52,941 nucleotides of DNA from Treponema sp. (GCA_009778545.1 WRJO01000001.1:1-52941); one strand, 5' to 3'; positions 18,191 to 28,760 are shown, counted from the stretch's first letter. Numbers and translations are program-made. The notes: generated from the sequence alone by a model not told the origin.

Positions 18191-20071
18191 ATGACTTCGA
18201 CATTTATGGGAATTGAGATTGGCAAACGGGGAGTGCAGGCCCATCAGCAGGCCCTGTACGTTACCGGGCATAACCTGGACAACGCCTCGACCGACGGCTA
18301 CAGCCGCCAGCGGATAGAGATGTCCGCTTTCGAGCCGATCTACCTGCCGGGGCTGAACCGGGAGGAGACGCCGGGGCAGATAGGGCAGGGCGTGACCATC
18401 GAACGCATCGAGCGGCTGCGCGACCAGCTTCTGGACAAGCGCATCGTGGCGCAGTCCTCCAACGAAGGCTATTGGGCTGCCCGCGATCCCTACATCAGAA
18501 TGATGGAAAACCTCTACCTGGAGCCGGGAACCAATTCGGTGCGGTCAAAAATGGACAATTTCTGGGACGCGTGGCAGGAACTTTCGATGTTCCCCGCCGA
18601 TACTGCCCCCCGCACGGCGGTCATTGAGCGGGGCAAGACCCTTATCGACGGCATCCACAACCGGTACAACCAGCTTAAAATGCTGCAGGACCAGGTTGAT
18701 TCGGACATACAGCTTACCGTCGGCCGGGTAAACGAACTGAGCCGCCAGATTGCCGCCCTGAACGGCGACATTCAGCGGATTAAGGCCCAGGGCGACATGC
18801 CCAACGACCTGATGGACCGCCGCGATCTTCTGCTCGACAAACTTTCTTCTATTATTGATATAACCACCGACAACCGCGACCCCGATGAATTTATGGTGCA
18901 CACCTCCGGCTTTATCCTGGTTCAGGGGCAGATTGGCCGCCAGTACGACCTTCGCAAGGGGATAGACACCGAAGGCTACGCCCACATCTTCTGGCAGGAT
19001 ACCGGCCAGGAGATTCGCTTCCAGCGGGGCGCTTTGGGCGCGCTGCTCGAACTGCGCGACGAGACGATCAGCCAGGAGATTCAGACCCTGGACAACATGA
19101 CGATGAACTTTGTCGACCTGGTAAACGAGGTTCACCGCGACGGCTACGGTTTGAACGGCGTTACGGGGATCAACTTCTTTTCCGAATATCCATTTGTTAC
19201 CAACGTTAACGGCAACTACGACCGTTCCGGCGACGGGACGTTTGATTCCAGCTACATCTACCGGATCAACGGGCAGAACGTGCTGGAACCGCAGGCGCAG
19301 CCCGGCCTTGTCGGTGAGATTACCCTGTCCGCCGGCAACGGCGAAGTAAAGGTGCCGTATTACGCGACCGACACCGTTACCGACATTATCAACCGGATCA
19401 ACAACGCCGGCGCCGAGGTGGTGGCCCGCCTTAATCGCGACGGCAGGCTTTCGCTCAAGGGAACCCCCGCCGAGCCGATTAACGGCATACACGAAAACCC
19501 CGACTTTGTTATACGTCATGTAAGCGACACCGGCTATTTCCTTACCGGATACGCGGGGCTGCTCGGCGGCGTAGAAGGCGGCTCCTTCGACTGGGGCGGG
19601 CCCGACGCCATTGCAACCCTGCGCGACGGTGCGGACTATGCCGTTGCCCCCATCGCCCACCCGTCCGGCTGGATCGAAGTCAGCCCCGCCGTTATTCGGG
19701 ACACCATGTCGGTCGCATCCGGCTTTGGGGTAAACGGACAGGCGGCGAATCCCGGCAACGGCGACGCAGCGATGGCGATTGCCTCGATCAGAAACACGCC
19801 GGTAATGGTCGGCCGCCTTTCCACCTTTGACGACTACTTTGCCGATTCCGTCGGCCGCATGGGCCTGTTGGGCGAGCAGAGCGGCAGGGCGCTGGAAACA
19901 GAAAACATTATTATGAAGCAGCTTAACGATCTGCGGCAGTCAATTTCCGGTGTAAACATCGACGAAGAGCTGGCGAACATGATCCGCTACCAGCACGGAT
20001 ACAATGCCGCCGCCCGCTTCATCACCACCGTCAACAACATGCTGGATGTGCTGATGAGGATGGGTGCCTAG
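18191..20071 (+). CDS. flgK: Hook-associated protein FlgK
   Basis: STFMGIEIGKRG..GHNLDNASTDGYSRQR; SISGVNIDEELANMIRYQHGYNAAAR. Confidence 0.96.
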   Translation: MTSTFMGIEIGKRGVQAHQQALYVTGHNLDNASTDGYSRQRIEMSAFEPIYLPGLNREETPGQIGQGVTIERIERLRDQLLDKRIVAQSSNEGYWAARDPYIRMMENLYLEPGTNSVRSKMDNFWDAWQELSMFPADTAPRTAVIERGKTLIDGIHNRYNQLKMLQDQVDSDIQLTVGRVNELSRQIAALNGDIQRIKAQGDMPNDLMDRRDLLLDKLSSIIDITTDNRDPDEFMVHTSGFILVQGQIGRQYDLRKGIDTEGYAHIFWQDTGQEIRFQRGALGALLELRDETISQEIQTLDNMTMNFVDLVNEVHRDGYGLNGVTGINFFSEYPFVTNVNGNYDRSGDGTFDSSYIYRINGQNVLEPQAQPGLVGEITLSAGNGEVKVPYYATDTVTDIINRINNAGAEVVARLNRDGRLSLKGTPAEPINGIHENPDFVIRHVSDTGYFLTGYAGLLGGVEGGSFDWGGPDAIATLRDGADYAVAPIAHPSGWIEVSPAVIRDTMSVASGFGVNGQAANPGNGDAAMAIASIRNTPVMVGRLSTFDDYFADSVGRMGLLGEQSGRALETENIIMKQLNDLRQSISGVNIDEELANMIRYQHGYNAAARFITTVNNMLDVLMRMGA

Positions 20072-20098
20072 ATAATAGCACCGCTAAGGAGAAACTAA

Positions 20099-21352
20099 AT
20101 GAGAAGAATATCAACGGATATGCCGAATACCGACGTGCAGTTTTACCTGCGGCGTCATGAAGAAAAACTGGCAAAGCTGCAGTCGCAGATCTCGTCGGAA
20201 AGCAGAATACGCGAACTCCGCGACGATCCCCTGGCGGCCTCCCACGCGGTGCGCTACGAATCGTACCTTGCCCGGCTGGAGCGCTTCGAGAAAAACACCC
20301 TGTACGCGAAGGATCATTTCAATGTCGTGTACGCCTACATGGACGAGGCGATCAACGTGATGCAGCGGGTGCGCGAGCTTGCCGTCCAGGGTGCAAACGG
20401 CACCTACACCGCCGAGGATCAAAAACTCATGGCTGTGGAAGTGAACGAGCTGATCAAGGAACTCGTCTCGCTTTCCAATGAGGTGGGGCCGGACGGCAAA
20501 CAGATCTTCGCCGGCGACAAGGCATTTACCGAGCCGTTCCGTATGGTGGAAGGCACGGTACCGGGCGGCAGCGACAGCATGGTGGTCAGGGTGGAATACC
20601 GGGGCGCGGGCGCTTCGCGGAGAACCGAAACCAGCGATCGCGCGTACATAGACCTTGACATTGGCGGCGGCGAAGTGTTCTGGGCGGAAAAGATGCAGAT
20701 CTTTTCCACCGTCGATGCGACGAATTACCGCGTCAATACCGTGGGATCGTTTTTTATCGACGGCGCGGAAATCCGGGTGAACCCCGGCGACACGCTGCCG
20801 GCCATTGTGGCGAAGATCAACGAATCGCCCGCGCCGGTTAAGGCGTACATCGATGCCGACACCAGGGGGCTTGCGCTGGAGGGAACCAACCCCCACCTTA
20901 TCCGCGCCGAAGACGGCGTCGGAGGGGCGACGGTGCTGAAAGACCTTGGGATTATCCGGGGCAACATGGAAAACAACGCCCCCAACTGGGACACTACCCG
21001 TTCGCGCGTTTCCGGCGGCTCGATATTCGACATGCTCATCCGGCTGCGGGATTCGATGTTCCGCGGGGATCACGATTTTATCGGCAGCCAGGGAATCGCC
21101 GGCATGGACCTCGCCATTGGCAACATGGCGACGCGCATAGCCGACATCGGCAGCCGCCAGGAACGGGCGGAAACGGTGTGGCAGCGGCTTAACCGGGAAA
21201 TTCCCGACGTGGCGGCGCATCTTGCCCGCGAATCTTCGGTCAACATGGCCGATGCCGCGACCGACCTGAAAATGCTGGACTATGCCCACCGTGCAACCCT
21301 CCAGACCGCCGCGCGCATTTTGCCGCCGACGCTGCTGGATTTTTTAAGGTAA
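20099..21352 (+). CDS. flgL: Hook-associated protein FlgL
   Basis: Flagellin-like N-terminus (DDPLAA, RVRELAVQGANGT); C-terminal TLLDFLR. Confidence 0.95.
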   Translation: MRRISTDMPNTDVQFYLRRHEEKLAKLQSQISSESRIRELRDDPLAASHAVRYESYLARLERFEKNTLYAKDHFNVVYAYMDEAINVMQRVRELAVQGANGTYTAEDQKLMAVEVNELIKELVSLSNEVGPDGKQIFAGDKAFTEPFRMVEGTVPGGSDSMVVRVEYRGAGASRRTETSDRAYIDLDIGGGEVFWAEKMQIFSTVDATNYRVNTVGSFFIDGAEIRVNPGDTLPAIVAKINESPAPVKAYIDADTRGLALEGTNPHLIRAEDGVGGATVLKDLGIIRGNMENNAPNWDTTRSRVSGGSIFDMLIRLRDSMFRGDHDFIGSQGIAGMDLAIGNMATRIADIGSRQERAETVWQRLNREIPDVAAHLARESSVNMADAATDLKMLDYAHRATLQTAARILPPTLLDFLR

Positions 21353-21359
21353 ACGGATC

Positions 21360-21803
21360 GTGAAAGTTGCGACCAAGGCTTATGGCCTAATAGATGTTGA
21401 CGAGCGGCAAAAGATCATTTTCCCCCAGGGCCTCCTTGGTTTTGAAACCTTAAAAGACTATCTGCTCCTCGATGCCGAACGCCAGCCCTTCTACTGGCTC
21501 CAGTCGATGGACGAGGAACAGGTGGCCTTTATTCTGGTCAATCCCTTTTTGTTCAGGCCGGACTACGAGGTAAACATCGGCAACGAGGAACTTGCCGATA
21601 TCAGCCTTCATTCGCCGGAAAAGGCGCTGATTTTTTCGATAGTCACCATCCCGTCCGATGCCGGCCCCATGACGGCTAACCTGCAGGGGCCGCTGATTAT
21701 CAACCGCGACAACCGGACCGGCAAGCAGGCGGTGCTGTCCGACACCCGCTGGAGAACCAGGCACGACATCATGGCCGAACTTGCGGCGACAGGGAATTCG
21801 TGA
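21360..21803 (+). CDS. fliW: Flagellar assembly factor FliW
   Basis: [35 protein letters not shown]. Confidence 0.96.
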   Translation: MKVATKAYGLIDVDERQKIIFPQGLLGFETLKDYLLLDAERQPFYWLQSMDEEQVAFILVNPFLFRPDYEVNIGNEELADISLHSPEKALIFSIVTIPSDAGPMTANLQGPLIINRDNRTGKQAVLSDTRWRTRHDIMAELAATGNS

Positions 21804-22057
21804 TGCTGATACTATCCCGCAAGATTAACGAAAAAATAATGATCGGGGACGAGATCTCCGTTTCGATAATTGAAATCCGCGGCGATCAGGTACGCATCGG
21901 CGTGGAGGCCCCCAAAACGGTAAAGGTATTCCGCCAGGAAGTGTTCGACGCAATCAAGGCCGAGAACCGCGCCGCCGCCGAATCGCCGTCCGTTCTGCCG
22001 GTCGTAGACTTCGGCAAGGTGCAGCGGGAAAAGGCAATCGATACAATCAATCAGTAA
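21803..22057 (+). CDS. csrA: Carbon storage regulator CsrA
   Basis: [16 protein letters not shown]...[15 protein letters not shown]. Confidence 0.96.
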   Translation: MLILSRKINEKIMIGDEISVSIIEIRGDQVRIGVEAPKTVKVFRQEVFDAIKAENRAAAESPSVLPVVDFGKVQREKAIDTINQ

Positions 22058-23610
22058 TGATGCCCAAGGCCGATAAAAATTTCCCTGTCCCCTCGGGAGG
22101 TCTTATCGGTTTCGTTGATGTTCCAGCCAAAGCTGAAGCGGATGTACACGCTGCGCATCGCCAGCGGGAAGACGAAAAATTCAAAGCCGCCCGTGATAAG
22201 CATGTTGTTAAAATTAAAGGAAACGCCTGTGGAGGGGTCGCTGTACAGGGCCATGTCGACAATCGGCGAAAACTGAAAATCGATATCCGCGCCCCGTAAT
22301 TTCGGCTTGTTAAACCACCTGGCCGGCGAGAACTGGAGAATCCTGAAGGGAAAGTCCAGGTTGAGCGAAAGCATGTAATTGGCGTGAAGGTCGTTGTCAA
22401 GGATGCCGCGCAGGGCGTCTCCCGCACTATAAAAATAATTTACCGGTTCTGGAAAAAACCACTGGCGGTACTGCAGAAATGCCGATATGCCGGAAAATTC
22501 AGTGAAAACAAAGTAGCCCTTTGCCGATACGGAATATTCTAACGAGAGTGCGTCCTTTTCGCCTTTCCGGTAAAAATCGTAGGTGTAGGAATTGGCCGCT
22601 TGAACGTCAAACCCCCTGCGGTGGTTTTCGATCCAGTCCACCTTGGAAAAACCGAGGGTGTGGGCAAAAGTTAAAAATGGCCCTTTAAGGTTTTCTGCAA
22701 GTTTCCATCGTGGAAATTCATGGTTAAAAACGGCAAACAATTCCGGCGTATAGACAAGGTCGCCGTAGTCTCCAACCTCAAAGCCGGTGGGGATTTTCCA
22801 TGAGACATAGGGCCTGGTTGACATATAGAAGCCGTTCTGAAAGTCGCCGTACAGGACTTTGTCCCTGTCGTCATTTTCCTCGTTAAGAATAAAGGATTCA
22901 TCAAAGCCGAACGTAACGGTGGTGTCCCCCGCCGGCATCTCCATAAAAATGCCGGTATTGTTTCTGAAGTAAAACGGCTGTTCCGTATCGGGCCGGTAAT
23001 CAAAATAATTTTCAAATTTAAACGTCCAGTCGTACCCGAATGCCATGAAGGGAATGTTTGCTTCCAGTTCAAAGAAGCCGGAATGGCGGTATTTTTCGTC
23101 GTACCGGTATCCAAAGTTTACCGGAAGGGGATTCATCGTACCCAGAAAGTTATAGTCCCGGTATCGCAGGATCATTTCCAGGCCGGTATTGGAACTGTAG
23201 CGGGGGATGGGAATGACAATGAAATTCCAGGTATCCTCGGTATTGATGGTCAGGCCGACCGGAATTTTTCCGTCTTCCCGGGGCTGCTCTGCCTCATAAT
23301 CAATGGAAGCAGATTTTAAAACACGCTGGTTTATCAGCATCTGTGTTTTTTCGCGGATATATTTTTCCAGATTTTCCAGGCCGTGTATTTCTTCCCCCTC
23401 CGTAAATTCGCCGTTGTACAGTATGGCGTAGGGGCGCGTGCGGCCCTTGATGTTGAAATCAAACGATTCGATTACAAAGATCGAATCCGCGCCTCCCAAA
23501 TATGCACCAGGAACGGATTCCTGGGCAAATACCGGCGACAGGGCAAACAGCAGCACAAGCGGGAGAATAAAAAATTTACTCACAGCCGGTTTCTTCTCTA
23601 ACTTCTTCAA
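22051..23610 (-). CDS. Putative outer-membrane beta-barrel protein (POTRA-like N-terminus)
   Basis: Signal peptide; [24 protein letters not shown]; aromatic-rich beta strands; terminal FIGLGHHY. Confidence 0.65.
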   Translation of the reverse strand: MKKLEKKPAVSKFFILPLVLLFALSPVFAQESVPGAYLGGADSIFVIESFDFNIKGRTRPYAILYNGEFTEGEEIHGLENLEKYIREKTQMLINQRVLKSASIDYEAEQPREDGKIPVGLTINTEDTWNFIVIPIPRYSSNTGLEMILRYRDYNFLGTMNPLPVNFGYRYDEKYRHSGFFELEANIPFMAFGYDWTFKFENYFDYRPDTEQPFYFRNNTGIFMEMPAGDTTVTFGFDESFILNEENDDRDKVLYGDFQNGFYMSTRPYVSWKIPTGFEVGDYGDLVYTPELFAVFNHEFPRWKLAENLKGPFLTFAHTLGFSKVDWIENHRRGFDVQAANSYTYDFYRKGEKDALSLEYSVSAKGYFVFTEFSGISAFLQYRQWFFPEPVNYFYSAGDALRGILDNDLHANYMLSLNLDFPFRILQFSPARWFNKPKLRGADIDFQFSPIVDMALYSDPSTGVSFNFNNMLITGGFEFFVFPLAMRSVYIRFSFGWNINETDKTSRGDREIFIGLGHHY

Positions 23611-24043
23611 TCGGTTTTATCATCTCCTCTTCCGTTTCTTTTTTTCGCGTTTTGTATGAGAGAATGTGGATGGTAACCCCAACGCCGATGCCAAGCAGAA
23701 CCAGCCGTATCACCCATGGAAGAATCCCTTCGGACGCTATTTTGGGAACCGCCCAGATTGCCGAAAACGCCATCGAAGCCCACATTATGATTAGGGTAAC
23801 AACCTTTGTTTTCATGGAAATGGATTTGTGTACCGTGAAATCCCGGACAATTCGCCCGAAATATTTGTTCCGCATGACGGCGTTGTACATTCGTTCCGAG
23901 CCCCGCAAGTACAGCCATGCCGTAAGCAGGTAAAAGGGCGTGGTGGGGAGCAGCGGCACAAAGCGTCCCAGCGTTCCCAGTATCAGCGTAATGGTCCCTG
24001 CAATGATGAACAGCGTTTTTCGGGCTTTTTCCGGTATTTTCAT
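23576..24043 (-). CDS. YbaN/DUF454 family membrane protein
   Basis: VPLLPTTPFYLL motif with multiple TM helices. Confidence 0.88.
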   Translation of the reverse strand: MKIPEKARKTLFIIAGTITLILGTLGRFVPLLPTTPFYLLTAWLYLRGSERMYNAVMRNKYFGRIVRDFTVHKSISMKTKVVTLIIMWASMAFSAIWAVPKIASEGILPWVIRLVLLGIGVGVTIHILSYKTRKKETEEEMIKPIEEVREETGCE

Positions 24044-24109
24044 TCATCCCTTTGTTTGTTTCTTGTGAAATTAACGAGATTGTTATGAAAAAATACCCAT
24101 AATCGCCCT

Positions 24110-24137
24110 TAATGTCAATATCTCGAATTGCCGATAA
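24110..24137 (+). promoter_or_regulatory. Sigma28-like promoter of flgFGJ
   Basis: TAAT-N16-GCCGATAA, ending 7 nt before ATG 24145. Confidence 0.6.
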
Positions 24138-24144
24138 TCAGTAT

Positions 24145-24996
24145 ATGATACGAGGATGGTATACCGGGGCCAGCGGGATGCGGGCGCAGCAGTGGCGGCT
24201 CGATGCGGTGGCGAACAACCTGGCAAATGTCGGCACAGACGGCTACAAGCGGGATGTGGCGGCTTTTAAGGCGTTTCCGGAACTGCTCATACGGCGGCAG
24301 GACGACGACGGGGTCTACCAGCACCCCTTCGGCTCGGGCGATGCCGCCCCAATCGTGGGAAAAATGGGCACCGGGGTGGAGTTGAACGAACTCTACACGA
24401 GCTTTGACCAGGGCGCGATGAAGGAAACTTCCAGCGATTTCGACCTTGCCCTGGACGGCAGGGGCTTTTTTACGGTCATTACCCCCTGGGGCGAGCGGTA
24501 CACCCGCAACGGCTCCTTCCAGCTTGGCAAAGAAGGCTTTCTTGAGACCAAGGAAGGCTACCCGGTGCTGGGCGAAAACGGGGCGATCAGGGTAAAAGCC
24601 AACAATTTCCAGGTTGACAAGGACGGCAGGGTGTGGGTGAACGCCGCATACCCCGACGAGCCGGAAATAATGGTCGGCCGGGAAAGCAATACCTGGGACG
24701 ACACCGTCCTGTTTGACACCCTCAAACTCGTCGAATTCGACCTCGACCGCTACCTGGAAAAGCAGGGTTCCAGCCTGTACCGGGAAAGCGAAACTTCCGG
24801 CCCGGCGATGATAATTGCCCAGGGCAGCCGGCCCAAGGTTCTGCAGGGCTTTGTCGAGGCGTCAAACGTAGACCCCGTGGTGGAAATGGTGCAGATGATC
24901 GAGGTAAACCGCGCCTACGAGGCGAATCAAAAGATGATCCAGGCCGAAGATTCGGCCCTTGGCACGCTGATAAATCAGGTAGCGAAAGTAAGCTAG
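24145..24996 (+). CDS. flgF: Flagellar basal-body rod protein FlgF (FlgG paralogue)
   Basis: MIRGWYTGASGM..LDAVANNLAN; YTRNGSF; EASNVDPVVEMV..RAYEANQK. Confidence 0.88.
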   Translation: MIRGWYTGASGMRAQQWRLDAVANNLANVGTDGYKRDVAAFKAFPELLIRRQDDDGVYQHPFGSGDAAPIVGKMGTGVELNELYTSFDQGAMKETSSDFDLALDGRGFFTVITPWGERYTRNGSFQLGKEGFLETKEGYPVLGENGAIRVKANNFQVDKDGRVWVNAAYPDEPEIMVGRESNTWDDTVLFDTLKLVEFDLDRYLEKQGSSLYRESETSGPAMIIAQGSRPKVLQGFVEASNVDPVVEMVQMIEVNRAYEANQKMIQAEDSALGTLINQVAKVS

Positions 24997-25014
24997 GCAT
25001 AAAAGGAGCAACCA

Positions 25015-25815
25015 ATGGTTAGAAGTTTATGGACCGGCGCGTCCGGCATGATAGGCCAGCAGGCCAATATCGACGTTATTTCGAATAACCTCGCCAACGT
25101 GAACACCCACGGCTACAAAAAGCAGCGGGCCGATTTTGAGGATCTGATCTACCAGACCGTCAAGGTCGCCGGAACCCCCGCCACCGAGGACACGGTGGTT
25201 CCCGTGGGTATCCAGATGGGGCACGGCGTTAAGCTCGCCGACACCCAGCGGGTTTTTTCGCAGGGCGCGCTCCAGGCCACCGAAGTTTCTACCGACATGG
25301 CGATTGCCGGAGAGGGCTTTTTCAGGATTCAGATGTACGACGGTTCCTGGGCCTATTCCCGCAACGGCAACTTCAAGGTCGACTCCGACGGCCGCATGGT
25401 GACGAGTAACGGCTACTGGCTTTTGCCCGACATCATCATGCCCGAAGGGTTCCTCCCCGAAAAAATCACCATCACCCAGGACGGCAGGGTGTCGGTCATG
25501 GTTCCCCAGATCAGCGAAAACGATCCGGTTGATGTCGGCCGCATTGAGCTGTACCGCTTCCCCAACCCGGTTGGCCTTTCGACCGTGGGGGAAAACCTGT
25601 TCAAGGTGACGCAGGCTTCCGGCGAACCAATTCCCGGCAGGCCCGGTTTTGAAGGCATGGGCACCATCGCCCACAAATTCCTGGAAATGTCCAACGTGGC
25701 AATCGTGCAGGAGATGGTCAACCTGATCGTCGCCCAGCGCGCCTACGAGTTCAACTCGCGGACCATTCAGACCAGCGACAACATGCTCGGCACAGCCACC
25801 ACGCTTAAGAGATAG
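25015..25815 (+). CDS. flgG: Flagellar basal-body rod protein FlgG
   Basis: MVRSLWTGASGM..ISNNLANVNT.GYK..RADFEDLIYQ; LEMSNV..QRAYEFNSR. Confidence 0.96.
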   Translation: MVRSLWTGASGMIGQQANIDVISNNLANVNTHGYKKQRADFEDLIYQTVKVAGTPATEDTVVPVGIQMGHGVKLADTQRVFSQGALQATEVSTDMAIAGEGFFRIQMYDGSWAYSRNGNFKVDSDGRMVTSNGYWLLPDIIMPEGFLPEKITITQDGRVSVMVPQISENDPVDVGRIELYRFPNPVGLSTVGENLFKVTQASGEPIPGRPGFEGMGTIAHKFLEMSNVAIVQEMVNLIVAQRAYEFNSRTIQTSDNMLGTATTLKR

Positions 25816-25847
25816 TGGTTAGTGGCTAGTGAGTAGTGGTTAGTTGT
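25813..25847 (+). repeat. TAGTGGT heptamer tandem repeat (5 units)
   Basis: TAGTGGT TAGTGGC TAGTGAG TAGTGGT TAGTTGT, starting at the flgG stop codon. Confidence 0.85.
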
Positions 25848-25858
25848 CAGGAGGAGAT

Positions 25859-26287
25859 GTGGAAGTAAATAGCCTGGGGGCGATGTACCTTAATAATACT
25901 CAAATGGGCGGCGGGTTAATAGACCGCGAGCAAAATTCCGTTAACGGCGCTGCCGATTTTGCGGAAACGCTGAAAAGAACCGCCGCCTCCCAGGCTGCAG
26001 AAGCCAGTCCCGTTCCTAAGTCACATATCGCCGTTATCGACAGGGAAGACAAGCTCTACGAACAGTGTGTCGAACTGGAAATATTTATGGTAAAGACATT
26101 GATCAGCAGCATGAGGAGCACCATACAGAAATCCGGCTTTATCGACGAGGGTTTTGCCGGAAAAATATACGAGGACATGCTCTACGACGAATACGCCCGC
26201 GACTTTGCCAAAAACGCCGGCTTCGGCATGGCAGAAATGGCCTACCTCGAACTAACCGGCCAGCGCGGAAAAACCGTCATCCGGTAA
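25859..26287 (+). CDS. flgJ: Single-domain FlgJ (rod-binding domain only)
   Basis: KLYEQCVELE.FMVK...MR.T....GFAGKIYEDMLYDEYA...GFGMAEM.Y.EL; no muramidase domain. Confidence 0.88.
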   Translation: MEVNSLGAMYLNNTQMGGGLIDREQNSVNGAADFAETLKRTAASQAAEASPVPKSHIAVIDREDKLYEQCVELEIFMVKTLISSMRSTIQKSGFIDEGFAGKIYEDMLYDEYARDFAKNAGFGMAEMAYLELTGQRGKTVIR

Positions 26288-26292
26288 TTGCT

Positions 26293-26620
26293 TTATTCCC
26301 CAATATACTCATGCAGAGGCGCGAAGGATAATTCCCAATATTTTCACGCAGAGGCGCGGAGGATAATTCCCAATATTTTCACGCAGAGGCGCAGAGGCGC
26401 GGAGTTCGCAGAGGGAAGAGGGGAGGTGTTATTGTTCGAACTACCGGGGTATACTTCGAGAGTACTATGGTTAGGCGAACTATGATCCCTTATCCTTATT
26501 TTTCCTCCGCGTCCTCTGCGCCTCTGCGCCTCTGTGTGAAATATTCTCCAATAAACGCCTTTGCGCCTTGGCGTGTAATTTATCGCGAAAACGCCTCCGT
26601 GCCTCTGTGCCTCCGTGAGG
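26293..26620. repeat. Compound CGCAGAGG-family element (three 35-bp tandem left ends, three right arms)
   Basis: ATAATTCCCAATATTTTCACGCAGAGGCGCGGAGG-like units at 26293, 26328 and 26363; right arms end near 26539, 26577 and 26620. Confidence 0.9.
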
Positions 26621-26643
26621 ATAATAGGGAAGAATGTCGAGCT

Positions 26644-27549
26644 TTACCTTCCGATCAAGTCTGTTATCAGGCCGCAACTGAAGGCGCAGAGTACCGCGAA
26701 AAACGCATACAGCAGAAAGTGCTTTATTCCAAGGACTATTTTTAACGCGCCGAGGTTGGTGATCTTCATCGCGGGGCCGGCGATCATGAACGATACGGCC
26801 GCGCCGGCGCTCATGCCGCTGTGCAGCCAGGTCTGAATCAGGGGGATGGTACCGCCGCCGCAGACGTACAGGGGAACCCCGACTGTCGCCGCCATCAGTA
26901 TGCCGAAGCCCCTGTTGCTGCCGAAAATTTTAGCAAACGCCTGCGGCGGCACATAACGCTGGAACAGCGCGGAAAGAACAATGCCGGCCAGGAAGTAGAG
27001 TCCGGTCGCTTTGATGTTTCGCAGAAAATTTTTCAAAAAGCGCAGCAGAGGGCTGGGGTCTGTATCGCGGCTTGCCATTTTGTCAAAAGCGGAAAATGAA
27101 AAAAAAGGCCTGTCCCTGAAAAACAATCTGACGCAGACACCGGCAAGTGCGCCGCAGACAAAGCAGACGGCAAAACGGATGATCAGCAGGGGCATGCCCA
27201 GCGCCGCACTGTACAACAACAGTTGCGGGTTAAGGAGGATCGATCCCATCATGAACGCGGCTATCCAGTCCTGCCGCATACCTTTTTCGGCGAACGAGGC
27301 GGCGATGGGTATGGTTCCGAACATGCACAGCGGGCTTGCTATTCCCAAAAGGGACGCGGGAATCACGCCGAGGAGGCCCAGCTTTTTTCCGTGCAGGGCG
27401 GCAAAGGCCCGGTGGATTTTTTCTTTCCCGAATACGGAAACGATGGAACCCAGCGCCATTCCCAGCATCCAGTAGGCAAAAATCTGGCGGAACTGGATTG
27501 TAAAGTAATACCAGAAATAGACAAGTTCCCGCTGTACAGCCTCAGCCAT
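26644..27549 (-). CDS. DUF318/ArsP-like permease
   Basis: SPLCMFGTIP and GVPLYVCGGGTIP repeats; many TM helices. Confidence 0.85.
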   Translation of the reverse strand: MAEAVQRELVYFWYYFTIQFRQIFAYWMLGMALGSIVSVFGKEKIHRAFAALHGKKLGLLGVIPASLLGIASPLCMFGTIPIAASFAEKGMRQDWIAAFMMGSILLNPQLLLYSAALGMPLLIIRFAVCFVCGALAGVCVRLFFRDRPFFSFSAFDKMASRDTDPSPLLRFLKNFLRNIKATGLYFLAGIVLSALFQRYVPPQAFAKIFGSNRGFGILMAATVGVPLYVCGGGTIPLIQTWLHSGMSAGAAVSFMIAGPAMKITNLGALKIVLGIKHFLLYAFFAVLCAFSCGLITDLIGR

Positions 27550-28588
27550 CAATCCTTACCAAACGGTACGTCTTGCTGCCTACGCCGATTTTTTCGGCAT
27601 GATCCAGGGTGAGCATTCCGTTTCTGGATTCGATTCGCTGAACAAGGTCCTTGCTGTCACTCGCCGCGTAGACAAGGTCGACGCAGGCTTTGTCCAAAGC
27701 CACCGGATCAAGCGAGGCAAGGATGCCGATGTCGGCCATTGTCGGCGGGGCCGGCCTCGACAAACAGTCGCAATCGACTGAGAGATGGTTCATCACGTTG
27801 ATGTAGAGCATTTTTCCGGGGTAACGATCCTGAATTGATTTTGCCGCTTCTGCCATCGATTCCAGAAAAGCGTTTTGATCTGAACTGCGGAATCCTGTGT
27901 TCTTTGTTTTCCCGCCCGAATGTATCCACGATTTTCCCGCCGAAGATGCAAAACCTATTGATATGTTTTTAACCGCCCCGCCGAATCCGCCCATCGGGTG
28001 TCCCTTAAAATGGGAAAGCACAACCAGAAAATCAAATTCGCCGATTCGGGCGCCGACAAAGTTCTCTTTAAGGTGCTTGCCGCCGGAAACGGGGATGGCG
28101 ATGTCGGCGGCTTCGTCCAGGATAGCCACCGGTGCGATCGCAGTAAAGCCGTGATCCCGCGCCACCTGGTAATGGGCAGCGGCAGTGGCCCGTCTTACGC
28201 CTCCTGCGGTGTTACATTCAACAATTGTACCGTTTACATTATTAACAATATCCTTGATAAGATCGGGTTTCAGGTAATGGGGGTTGCCTGGTTCCCCAGT
28301 GTGTATCTTAACGGCCACTCTGCCGCTTGCCGTAAGGCCCAGTGCTTCGTAAACCGCCATCATCCCCGCCGGGCTTATGTTAGTCGTCATGTAAACCGCC
28401 GGCGATGTTCCGTCGGCGTGTGGCGCTGTTTCACCGTCAGCCGGCGCCATTTCGCCGTCAGCCGCCACCTCCTGCACGTCCTGCCGCACTTCCGGCTGCT
28501 CCGCCGTAATATGTGAACGGAAACTTATCAGGGAAATACCCGCGATACCCACAACCGCCGCGCAGAAAAACAATAAAAATTTTTTCAT
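27542..28588 (-). CDS. DUF362 domain protein with N-terminal signal/anchor
   Basis: VAVKIHTGEPG, VECNT, SHFKGHPMGGFGGAVKN, SVDCDC, ASLDPVALDKAC. Confidence 0.88.
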   Translation of the reverse strand: MKKFLLFFCAAVVGIAGISLISFRSHITAEQPEVRQDVQEVAADGEMAPADGETAPHADGTSPAVYMTTNISPAGMMAVYEALGLTASGRVAVKIHTGEPGNPHYLKPDLIKDIVNNVNGTIVECNTAGGVRRATAAAHYQVARDHGFTAIAPVAILDEAADIAIPVSGGKHLKENFVGARIGEFDFLVVLSHFKGHPMGGFGGAVKNISIGFASSAGKSWIHSGGKTKNTGFRSSDQNAFLESMAEAAKSIQDRYPGKMLYINVMNHLSVDCDCLSRPAPPTMADIGILASLDPVALDKACVDLVYAASDSKDLVQRIESRNGMLTLDHAEKIGVGSKTYRLVRIDG

Positions 28589-28642
28589 AACTAATACTCC
28601 TAATGCATAAAAATAATTTACAATACATTCTCTCGCAGTTTA

Positions 28643-28719
28643 CTCACACGGAGGCACCAAGGCACAGAAAAAAAGAACGAAGTTAGCTAAAACTTTGTGC
28701 CTCTGTGCCTCTGTGTGAG
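28643..28719. repeat. CACAGAGG-family palindromic element
   Basis: CTCACACGGAGGCACCAAGGCACAGA...TTTGTGCCTCTGTGCCTCTGTGTGAG. Confidence 0.9.
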
Positions 28720-28760
28720 AATAATACAGGGTAAAGTTTTACATGTTCCAAAGTTCTGAT

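Noticed and set aside
18545-21289. Long antisense ORFs (371 and 392 aa) opposite flgK/flgL
   Set aside because: Typical shadow ORFs of GC-rich coding sequence with no recognisable motifs.
23607-24047. Alternative-frame 146-aa ORF over ybaN
   Set aside because: The other frame carries the DUF454 motif; this one has no protein-like features.
26293-26397. Possible CRISPR array
   Set aside because: The 35-bp units abut directly with no unique spacers, and there are no cas genes.
26288-26836. Short ORFs (FTQRRRGAE/SAPLRLCV peptides)
   Set aside because: They are translations of the repeat arms, not independent genes.
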